Made by a program: the position numbers and the translations under genes
Shown here: in pieces, positions 32,711 to 43,020 of the stretch
Layout: each line of letters opens with the position of its first letter
Position numbering within the stretch: position 1 is the first letter of the stretch
Notes under the pieces: generated by a model
Told to the model about the DNA's origin: nothing
The model's database searches: none
The model's input: only the letters and a program-made list of their open reading frames with translations
Source of the DNA: Octopus bimaculoides
Lineage: Eukaryota
Direction of reading: 5' to 3'
DNA length: 53,063 nt
Assembly (NCBI RefSeq): GCF_001194135.2
Contig: NC_069006.1
Coordinates: 7,584,834-7,637,896, forward strand

Positions 32711-33038
32711 TACATTATTTACATTTGACAAATATTTGTCCTCATCTTGTTTGTTGTTAACCGTTTCGGCTGATATACCCTCCAAGCCTTCATCAGGTGT
32801 CTTGGGGGAATTTCGAACCTGGGTTCTCATTCCTAAGGTATTTTTCGATGTTATTATTATCATCATCATCATCATCATCATCATTATCATCGTTATTGTT
32901 GTTGTTGTTGTTATTGCTATTATTGTTATTGTTCAGGTCACTGCTTGGAATCAAACTCAGAATCTTGGGGTTAGTAGCTCATGCTCTTAACCACTATGCC
33001 ATATGCCTGTGGGCATATGGCGCAGTGGTTAATACTAC

Positions 33039-33077
<39 letters not shown>

Positions 33078-33262
33078 CAACATTGAAAAATACCTTAGGA
33101 ATGAGAACTCAGGTTCAAAATTTCCCCAAGACACCCGAAGAAGGCTGGAGGGTACATCAGCTGAAATGTTGTGTTAACAACAAACAAGATGATGACAAAT
33201 GTCTGCCAAATGTAAATAATGTAAATAATGTACATAATTCCTCATCTCTTAAATATAGAACT
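32711..33262. mobile_element. Palindromic tRNA-headed, hammerhead-tailed element (locus 2)
   Basis: Arms meet at CCATATGCC-TGTG-GGCATATGG (loop 33008-33011); direct repeat GTATGTT(C/G)TTTCT at 32698-32710 and 33263-33275. Confidence 0.85.
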
Positions 33263-34471
33263 GTATGTTGTTTCTTGTTTTTAATTATTTAAACGCTTCC
33301 TCTGAAGAAGGAGCTGGTTTCTAACAATGATACAAAGCTCCAGCATTGGAATGTAGATAATGAAAACAATATCACATTTTAAACTTGAGAAAAGTCTTGC
33401 ATACTTTTACTGTTCCACTTACAGATTGTATTTACAATGTGCGAGTTGACTGGCTCATTTCTTTTCAGAAAACACAAGCTTATCTAGACTGGCATTTATT
33501 CCCAAAAGGAAGTGCATCAATTATTATTAGTATAAATGTGAATTTATTATCTGGACAGAAGCTCACGGTTTCAAAGTAGTTGTCCAAAGTTTTCCTCTCT
33601 CCTTCTCTCTCTCTCTCTTTGATTTTCAGAGATTATGTATGTATGTATACATGTATGTATGTATGTATGTATGTATGTATGTATATGAGTAGTAGAAAAT
33701 ATGGATTCAGAAGAACATGAGACTTTCACAGTAAGCTCCGCATTCGGAATTGGCTATCAGTGTACGTAGTAACCAATTTCCATGTAATGGAATAAGTTCG
33801 TGTAACTGAGAATCTTGGAAATCTGAACAACATTTTTTTATCCACGAGAAGGAAATAAGGCACAAAGCCAGGAAGTAACAGAGGTTAATATAGATTTACT
33901 TTGCCATGTGGCTTTTATATGATTACAGCTGTTTCGTAACTTTCATGTTGTATTATTAATTTCAGAATGCAAAATTTTACATCAATATATATGCTCACAT
34001 ATATATACATTTTACATCAAGATATATATACATTTACATCAAGATATATGTTCAGCATTATACAATACTACTGCATATTCACAAATTTATGCAAATAGAG
34101 AACATAACTTATGAGATCACTGTAACTTCATTATCTTGAAGAGGATGGAGAAATTGCTGTAGCATTGCCCATGGAATCCAAACGCTATGTCTGCTGTAGA
34201 ATGTACAGCTGTGCTAACCAGTACACCAAGGTAACATTACAGCTTTGACCGTCCCAATTAAGAGATTTAAACTAAGTAGTTAAAAGCTCAGAAGGTAAAA
34301 ATAGACAAATTGCTGCTAAGCATTTTGTCCACGTGCTAACGATTCTGACAGCTTCCTGCCTTTATGACAATAATAATATACCCAAGGCACACAGAGCTGC
34401 GCTTGGTAGTGCAGTGAAAGCATGCAATAAAAATAAGACTACTGAATAATAATAACAACAACAACAACAAC

Positions 34472-34947
34472 AATAATGCAAAGATCCTGTGGGATTTTAT
34501 GATTCAGTGCAACTATGAGATAGAGAAAAGGAAGCCAGACATAGTGTTAATTGAGAAAGAAAGCAAATGATGCTGCATTATAGATATAGCATGCCCAGCT
34601 GACAACAAGGTATGCGATAAGGAAGAAAGAAAAGTCGATAGATATGGCAGGTTAGCTTGGGAGGTAAAGCAGTTGTGGTTGATGAAAAAGGTGGTAATGG
34701 TACCAATAATTGTTGGAGCCCTGGGAACAGTGAGTAAAAATCTCGAGAAGTACATGGAACAAATAGGGGCAGCAATAAGGGTGGCACACTTGCAGAAAAC
34801 AGCACAGCTTGGAACCGCTCGAATACTCCGGAAGGTTCTCGAAAAATAAGAAGTATTACCTTAGTTCATTGGTAGTGAACAGCTGACACCATAATACATC
34901 TCCAGCGTTAGAAGCTGTGCAAAGGCAATGATAATAAATAAATAAAT
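34472..34947 (+). mobile_element. R4/Dong-clade LINE 3' end with a nearly intact RLE domain
   Basis: NNAKILWDFMIQCNYEIEKRKPDIVLIEKESK*CCIIDIACPADNKVCDKEERKVDRYGRLAWEVKQLWLMKKVVMVPIIVGALGTVSKNLEKYMEQIGAAIRVAHLQKTAQLGTARILRKVLEK* (stop 34847-34849); (AAT/AAC)n on the 5' side and an AAT tail. Confidence 0.92.
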
Positions 34948-34986
34948 GAATGAATAAACATATAAATAGAGTGGAGAATGACTCAC

Positions 34987-35104
34987 CGTCTGCCCACTGG
35001 TGCCAGCTTCCAATCACCAGAACCATCAATCGATGCATTCTACAGTGGTTCTTATCTGCGATGACCATTCTTTGCTTTGTCAAGTGGATCCATGTTCGAA
35101 TTGC
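34987..35104 (-). CDS. SFI1-like gene exon (AIRTWIHLTKQRMVIADKNHCRMHRLMVLVIGSWHQWAD)
   Basis: Acceptor ATCTAG|, donor ACG|GTGAGT; 118 nt, phase 0/1, compatible with the 32.0 kb exon. Confidence 0.8.
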
Positions 35105-35454
35105 CTAGATAATGATGTAGTGGTGATCAGAAAACAAATAGGCGAATAAGAAAAAAAAAAAAAAAANNNNNNNNNNNNNNNNNNNNNNNNNNNNNNNNNN
35201 NNNNNNNNNNNNNNNNNNNNNNNNNNNNNNNNNNNNNNNNNNNNNNNNNNNNNNNNNNNNNNNNNNNNNNNNNNNNNNNNNNNNNNNNNNNNNNNNNNNN
35301 NNNNNNNNNNNNNNNNNNNNNNNNNNNNNNNNNNNNNNNNNNNNNNNNNNNNNNNNNNNNNNNNNNNNNNNNNNNNNNNNNNNNNNNNNNNNNNNNNNNN
35401 NNNNNNNNNNNNNNNNNNNNNNNNNNNNNNNNNNNNNNNNNNNNNNNNNNNNNN

Positions 35455-35520
<66 letters not shown>

Positions 35521-35563
35521 TAATAATAATGATAATAATAATAATAATAATAATAAATGCCTG

Positions 35564-36113
35564 GATGCAGTACCAGGCAGTGGCTCTCATGGCCTCTGAT
35601 CTTAATTGATTGGAAATGTTATCATGTACATTGTTTTGTCTTGGTATAAAAGATGGGCTACAGCAAATATTCTGCTCAATACCACAGATTTGCTTGTCAG
35701 TTGTTTGACCTTAACCAGTTGAGCATTCCCCTTAGTGGCTGACGATATGTGCATCTCTGACCATGAGCATAAGTAGTGGGGGAGCATCATAGCCATGTGT
35801 TGAGAGGAGTTCTTTGGGGTTTGACTAATTCACCTTTGGAAACATGGGTGTTTTGCTCAACATCCTTAAACGAACCTTATTCAGGGACCTTTTGAGTGGA
35901 ATGGGCTACTCGACCTGAAGAAAATTCTAACTGGTCCCCACCTGTGAGGTCATGCGCTGTTTATCTTGATATGAGATCACCATATCGCACACATATGGTT
36001 GTGATGCATGTGCCTGGTGTACTCTTATTAGACGGGTAGTCATGATGGAGATACTGGGCACTGTATATTTGTACCCCAGTGTCACTTTGTTGCCATGCAC
36101 TGCTCTCTCACTC
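35564..36113 (+). mobile_element. Family G non-autonomous element within (AAT)n
   Basis: Homolog of 8397-8924; (AAT)n at 35455-35556 and 36114-36160. Confidence 0.8.
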
Positions 36114-36158
<45 letters not shown>

Positions 36159-36605
36159 TATAATGATAATGATAATGATTATGATGATCTACCCACCAGT
36201 GTTTGGATTCTTCTTTTCTTAAACTTCTCACATCTTTGCATCATATCCCGGCGATNNNNNNNNNNNNNNNNNNNNNNNNNNNNNNNNNNNNNNNNNNNNN
36301 NNNNNNNNNNNNNNNNNNNNNNNNNNNNNNNNNNNNNNNNNNNNNNNNNNNNNNNNNNNNNNNNNNNNNNNNNNNNNNNNNNNNNNNNNNNNNNNNNNNN
36401 NNNNNNNNNNNNNNNNNNNNNNNNNNNNNNNNNNNNNNNNNNNNNNNNNNNNNNNNNNNNNNNNNNNNNNNNNNNNNNNNNNNNNNNNNNNNNNNNNNNN
36501 NNNNNNNNNNNNNNNNNNNNNNNNNNNNNNNNNNNNNNNNNNNNNNNNNNNNNNNNNNNNNNNNNNNNNNNNNNNNNNNNNNNNNNNNNNNNNNNNNNNN
36601 NNNNN

Positions 36606-36641
<36 letters not shown>

Positions 36642-37041
36642 TATGTGGGCACAGGACGTCACGAAACGTGTACAACAAAAAATACGAACTATGAGTACAT
36701 GGAATATGAACTATTTTTTCAAACAAAGAAAAACACAAATGGAAAACAAGACAAACAACATAAAGAACGACCCTTCATCAGTTGTTGGCTGTTTTTCTAC
36801 TCTCATATTTCGAGCATTATATATAGCAGAAATACATAAATTACACATATTGTTCGTAATTTAAATGTACTCGAATGCTGTTTTAATGGTATAAGATGTT
36901 TTAATATAATTACGCCTTTAAAATAATCAACTGTACTACCCATATTATCGAGAGAGCACACACATACATACACAAACATAAACATGCATATACACACATA
37001 TGTGCTATCACAAATATCTGAAACCACAAAACGATACCTAC

Positions 37042-37244
37042 GTTGACATCAATTGGTTCCTGTAGAACTGTTTATAGTGTTTATTGACCATAAAAGATTG
37101 CTGCCAAATTTTCATGACAATGCCAAGAGTCTTCTTATTTACCATATCTGTGAGCTGTTGTTCGATTGGCTGAAGTCGTTTCTCTTGGAGCGTGTAGTAC
37201 TCCAGCATGGCAGCCACATTGTTCCAGTAGTGTTTCTTCTTGGT
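37042..37244 (-). CDS. SFI1-like gene, most 5' exon found (TKKKHYWNNVAAMLEYYTLQEKRLQPIEQQLTDMVNKKTLGIVMKIWQQSFMVNKHYKQFYRNQLMS)
   Basis: Acceptor AACTTTCAG|, donor AAC|GTAGGT; open frame with a VMKIW motif. Phase 2 end is not directly compatible with the 35.1 kb exon, so an intervening exon is implied. Confidence 0.65.
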
Positions 37245-37943
37245 CTGAAAGTTTATGGAAAGCGGACGTTAAACGACGATGATGATGATGATGATGTGTG
37301 TGTGTGTGTATGCATATAGATATGTGTATACATATAAATAAATAAGCATCCAATGGGACAGCATAGCTATATTAAATCTATATATATGATTTGACAGTTA
37401 TGAGTGGTATACAATGGAAATAATGAAAATAAATTATGGTGTATATTAAAAAGAAATTGTTTTTAAAAATTCCTAGAATAAGAAATACAAGTAGTTAGTA
37501 TAATTTTATATAAGATGCTTGAAATTGAAATGACAAAAAAATTTAGTGTTGTGAGGGAGTAATTATTAGGATAATATAATGGGGGAAAAAAGATTTATTA
37601 TTAGTTAAAAAGCATTATATTCGTTTGTGTAAAATAAGTCTATGAGGAAGGACTAGAAAAAAGAAGAAACGTTGTTAATGTTACAGAATCGAGAAAGAAA
37701 ATACTTATTGTGGTTAAAAATATTGAGAGAGGGGAACGGTGATAAAAGAGTATTTTTGAGAAGTTGAATGAGATAACAACGCAGGGGAGATAATGCTAAG
37801 GTAAATTCGTAAGAAAGGTTTTTCAAAGAAATACACATTTCTATATTTTAATGTTAACCATGCTAGTTATTAAAATATTACAATATGAATTGAGAATCTA
37901 GTTATGGATGAAAGGAGGTAGAAAACCTTAGTGATATTTTATA

Positions 37944-38180
37944 TTGGGTTGGTGCATAATTATTGCGGCTTTTTTTCAACAAATTTTAGTCAACAAAAAC
38001 AATAACATGTAACAAAAACATCTTTAAATGATTATCCCGGAGCATATTCACCATCTACTTCAATTACTGCTTCCTATTTGCTTGGCAGACGGTCAGACTG
38101 TCATTTAAAGATGGTTTTGTTCAATGTTGTTATTGGTTTTGTTGAATAAAATTTATTGAAAAAAAGAAGCACCAACCCAA
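37944..38180. mobile_element. Mariner-derived MITE, copy 1
   Basis: TA|TTGGGTTGGTGCATAATT ... GCACCAACCCAA|TA; the internal minus frame DRLPSKWEAVIEVDGEYAP is a mariner transposase C-terminus. Confidence 0.85.
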
Positions 38181-38291
38181 TATAACTGTAGACATTTGTG
38201 CTTGTGTGTATGTTATTTAACTGTTTATAAATATGTATATATTATACATCTGTAGTTATAGATGTGTGTGTGTGTGTGTGTATGTTATATA

Positions 38292-38544
38292 TTGGGTTGG
38301 TGCATAATTACTATAGGTTTTTTTTTCAACAAATTTTATTCAACAAAAACAATAACAACATGTAACAAAAACATCTTTAAATGATTATCCAGGAGCATAT
38401 TCACCATCTACTTCAATTACTGCTTCCCATTTGCTTGGCAGACGGTCAGACTGTCGTTTAAAGATGTTTTTGTTAAATATTGTTATTGTTTTTGTTGAAT
38501 AAAATTTGTTGAAAAAACGCCACAATAATTATGCACCAACCCAA
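38292..38544. mobile_element. Mariner-derived MITE, copy 2
   Basis: TA-flanked TIRs TTGGGTTGGTGCATAATTA / TAATTATGCACCAACCCAA; near-identical to copy 1. Confidence 0.88.
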
Positions 38545-38984
38545 TATATAATTTTTTAACTTATATAATGTAGTGGATGTAAGAAAAAGTGCTTTTATTA
38601 TTTTGGAGTGATAGGTGCAAAACAAAATAAGTATAATAAAGATACTACGAGAAGTAATTCATAGATATAAATCACCAATATAAGAGAAGAATATTATTTC
38701 AAAATATATTTTGCATACTGATGCATTTAAAAGGAACAGAAACTATGAAATAAGATTAAAGGATATGTGCATATATCCTGGTGGACCCCCATAGCCATTC
38801 GATGTATATTAACTAGTTTTATAGAAACTTCTTTCAAAATCTTTTTTTTTTCTCATGCATTAAGTTGTTTAGGTTGAACTATGTAAAACATCAGCTATTT
38901 TAGCTATTTTAGCTATTTCTTGCAATACATACCAATATATACATCTAATGCAAGATTTTTTCAGGACCTCTTAAAATAGTATTG

Positions 38985-39075
38985 TGGGTAGTCAATTTGC
39001 TATTTTGCTGCATGGACTCCGAAAAATCTTATATGGACCCTCAGGCGCCATGTGAACCCTAGTTAAGAAGCAATG
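38985..39075 (-). mobile_element. hAT MITE end (same family as 1852)
   Basis: Reverse complement CATTGCTTCTTAACTAGGGTTCACATG matches CAATGATTCTCAACCGGGGTTCACATG at 1852. Confidence 0.55.
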
Positions 39076-39309
39076 CTTTAAACCAATGTGACCTAGTGGT
39101 TGACAAAAATGAGATGGTTGGATAATGTTCATAGTCTCAGATGGTCATGCTTCGGAATCTAGTCACAAAATCTAATGACAGTTCTTCCTTCTTATAGGAT
39201 CCTATGTAGGAGATGCCTGAGGACTCTGCACCCACAACCTTCCCAGGGATAATAAAGTGGAGAAGATAGGTGGGTCGAAACGTGGAGTAGATGGACAGGG
39301 ACATAGTGG

Positions 39310-39670
39310 AGGTGAAATGGCCCAGTGGTTAGGGCAGCGGACTCGCGGTCATAGGATCGCGGTTTCGATTCCCAGACAGGGCGTTGTGAGTGTTTATTGA
39401 GCAAAAACACCTAAAGCTCCACAAGGCTCCGGCAGGGGATGGTGGCGAACCCTGCTGTACTCTTTCACCACAACTTTCTCTCACTCTTACTTCCTGTTTC
39501 TGTTGTGCCTGTAATTCAAAGGGTCAGCCTTGTCACACTGTGTCACGCTGAATATCCCCGAGAACTACGTTAAGGGTACACGTGTCTGTGGAGTGCTCAG
39601 CCACTTGCACGTTAATCTCACGTGATCGGATCAACTGGAACAGTCGACGTCGTAAGCGACGGAGTGCCAA
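39310..39670 (+). mobile_element. Full-length family B SINE with tRNA-Arg-like head
   Basis: A-box TGGCCCAGTGG, B-box GGTTTCGATTCC, body and tail ending GACGGAGTGCCA. Confidence 0.88.
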
Positions 39671-40519
39671 TAGAACTGACTGACTGGACAGGGACAACTG
39701 ACGAAGGGGTATACTCTTTATGTTGCATGTCTCGTTTCTCTGTTTGATTTTTTTCGTTGTTCGAAAAAAGTTCGTTTTCTGTTTTCGTTTTTTGTTTCTC
39801 ATTGTGTTTAACGTTTAAAAAATTTTTTTTTGATGTCCTGTACCCATATATGCATGTTTGTATACATATAGATGTAGGTATGTACATATATGTATGGATA
39901 TATGCATATATCTATATATTTATATTAGTATTAGATACACCTGTATCTGTTAGTCGGCCATCGGTCTGAGAAACTAATAGAACATTAGTTTCTATTCTGT
40001 CACCAATGTTTACTTATGAAATACTCTCCAATCAATGACCCAATTATCTATAGTAATTATAAATTAATATCCACAAGGAAGTAGGGCTAATTAATGTGGG
40101 CGGAGGGAATCATGGATGGAACCGAATGAAATTAGTAAATGTATTGTGACATCATTTATGAAAGACCTGAGCGGCGTTAAGAAACAAGGGAAGTGACTCT
40201 TAAGGAAAGTGGTTGTTATACAGAGTTACTTCCCATGTAGTGTGTTTTTTGTTTTGGTCCAAACATCCTGAATATATACGTATGTACGCGGGTGTATAGT
40301 ATAAGAATGTAAGCATAGACACACATACACACGGGAATTCACTTCTTTCCCTCTCTTTATATGTGTGCGTATGTATAATATATGTGCACATACAAATATA
40401 CAACAAACATATATATACACGAACAACTGTATTGAGACATCTGCATACACGATTCAACATACACTTAGAAATATACACAAGACAGTATATATACATAAAT
40501 ATAAGCATATACGACCTCT

Positions 40520-40910
40520 CGTACTTTAAGACATATCTGAAGGCAGGTAAGTGTTATGACACGTCTGAAGTTTTAAACGCTATTTATGACATGCCTCAAC
40601 ATAGATAATAGTTAAGACGTGCTTCATGATTTAAAATACTTAAGGTTCGTCTCATAGTAGTGTTTTGGACACTTCTGAAGCTCAGTAATAACCATGACTT
40701 GTCTGAAGGTACAGAATAGTTAAGACTTCTCTGAAGGACAAGAATGGTTAAGATTTATGTGAAGGTACATAATTCTTAAAACATATCTGAAGAAAGGTCA
40801 TAGAAGTTTTTTATGGTTATGATGTGACTCAAATAGATAATAGTTAAGATACATCTGAAGGTTCATAATGTTTGAGATACTTCTCAAAGCTGATAATGGC
40901 TTAGATATAT
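40520..40910. repeat. Degenerate ~29-bp minisatellite (ATAATAGTTAAGACATATCTGAAGGTAC-like)
   Basis: Recurrent TAAGA....TCTGAAG units. Confidence 0.65.
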
Positions 40911-41061
40911 TAGTTTCAAATTTTGGAACCAGGCCAGCAATTTCTGGGGAGGGATAAGTGGATTATATTGACCTTAGTGCTCAACTGGTACTTATTTTAT
41001 CGACCCTGGAAGAATTAAAGGCAAAGCTGACTTGGGCAGAATTTTGAACTCAGTGGCATTC

Positions 41062-41545
41062 CGTCAGTTACAACGACGAGGGTCCCAGCTGATCCAATCA
41101 ACGGAACAGCCTGCTCATGAAATTTAACGTGTAGGTGGTTGAGCACTCCACAGACACGTGTACCTTTAATGTAATTCTCAGGGAGATTCAGCATGACAGA
41201 GTGTGACAAGACTGGCTCTTCGAAATACAGGCACAACAGAAACAGGAAGAAGGTGTGAGAGAAAGTTGTGGTGAAAGAGTACAGCAGGGGTCACCACTAT
41301 CCCCTGCCGGAGCCTCGTGGAACTTTAGGTGTTTTCTGGGTAACTGAGAACACAATGGCGGTGGTGGGGCAGGGTTCTGATGAAGCAAGGCATGGACGGT
41401 TTCATGTTTGTCTCAATATCAGATAATGACTGTCTCTATCACCACCACTAACATCTTTTAATATAAAACACTCACAACACCCGCGTCTGGGAATCAAAAC
41501 CATGAGTCTGCTACGCTAACCACTGGGCCATTGCGACTCCACTAA
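41062..41545 (-). mobile_element. Family B SINE interrupted by a 123-bp insert (41336-41458)
   Basis: Tail at 41062, head at 41470-41545; the insert recurs inverted at 42851-42973. Confidence 0.75.
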
Positions 41546-41889
41546 ACTCAGTACATGAGGATGGATGAAATGCCAGTAAACGTTTTACCCAGCATCATAA
41601 CAATTCAGCCATTGCACTGACTTAAATAATCCTTTCTACTAAAGGCACAAGACGCAAAATTTGTGGGGAACGGGTAAGTCAATCACATCGACCCCAGGAC
41701 TTGACTTGTACTTAATTTATTGACCCCAGAAAGATAAAAGATAAAGTCGACTTGGGCAGAATTTGAACTCAGAACGTGAAGACAAACAAAATTCCACAAC
41801 ACAATTTGCCCGCCATGATACCAGTTCTGCCTGAAATAATCGCTAAGGTATATTAAGATATAAACTCACTGCCTTAAATAATACTCATT

Positions 41890-42097
41890 TACTTGTTTCA
41901 GTCATTTCACTGTGGCCATGCTGGAGCACCGCCTTTAGTCGAGCAAATCGACCCCAGGACTTATTCTTTGTAAGCCTAGTACTTATTCTATCGGATCTCT
42001 TTTGCCGAACCACTAAGTTACGGGGACATAAACACACCAGCATCGGTTGTCAAGCAATGTTTGGGGTACAAACACAGACACACAAACATATACACAC

Positions 42098-42146
<49 letters not shown>

Positions 42147-42635
42147 AGAATAAGGGCAGGGAATCGTCAATTAATAATAGAATTAACAATTAACAATTTT
42201 GCCAAGTAGTTCAGTATGAAAAAACCTTTATCGGTNNNNNNNNNNNNNNNNNNNNNNNNNNNNNNNNNNNNNNNNNNNNNNNNNNNNNNNNNNNNNNNNN
42301 NNNNNNNNNNNNNNNNNNNNNNNNNNNNNNNNNNNNNNNNNNNNNNNNNNNNNNNNNNNNNNNNNNNNNNNNNNNNNNNNNNNNNNNNNNNNNNNNNNNN
42401 NNNNNNNNNNNNNNNNNNNNNNNNNNNNNNNNNNNNNNNNNNNNNNNNNNNNNNNNNNNNNNNNNNNNNNNNNNNNNNNNNNNNNNNNNNNNNNNNNNNN
42501 NNNNNNNNNNNNNNNTATCGCCATCCGTTTAGAGAAAAATTTGTAGTTTAGAATCAGTAGTTCTTTGACTGCTATTTCTAAATTTTCAGTATGTTGGAGA
42601 AGCAACTCAATGGTAATCCCTGTATATTTATGATG

Positions 42636-42666
<31 letters not shown>

Positions 42667-42832
42667 CATATATACGACTGGCTTCTTTCAGTTTCCGTTT
42701 ACCAAATCCACTCATAAGGCTTTGGTCGGCCCGAGGCTATAGTAGAAGACACTTGCCCAAGGCGCCATGCAGTGAGACTGAACCCAGAACCATGTGGTTG
42801 GTAAGCAAGCTACTTACCACACAGCCACTCCT
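41890..42832 (-). mobile_element. Family A SINE split at its internal (TA)n by a ~500-bp insertion that contains a gap
   Basis: 3' half 41890-42110, 5' half 42674-42832, unrelated sequence 42145-42635 between (TA)n runs. Confidence 0.75.
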
Positions 42833-42974
42833 AATGTCTAAGATATATCAAAAGATGTTAGTGGTGGTGATAGAGACAGTCATTATCTGATATTGAGACA
42901 AACATCAAACCGTCCACGCCTTGGTTCATCAGAACCCTGCCCCACCACTGCCATTGTGTTCTCAGTTACCCAGT

Positions 42975-42983
42975 TTGTGTACA

Positions 42984-43020
<37 letters not shown>

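Noticed and set aside
35564-35585. Resemblance of the family G end (TGCAGTACCAGG) to U2 snRNA stem-loop IV
   Set aside because: Only about 10 nt match; no other U2 sequence.
37600-38760. AT-rich purine-biased tract possibly an old LINE
   Set aside because: No recognisable motif survives in any frame.
40188-40234. 13-bp inverted repeat GGGAAGTGACTCT / AGAGTTACTTCCC
   Set aside because: Too short to assign; no TSD or second copy established.
41378-41410. CTGATGA in the 123-bp cassette as a hammerhead
   Set aside because: No downstream GAAA and no helix II in either copy.
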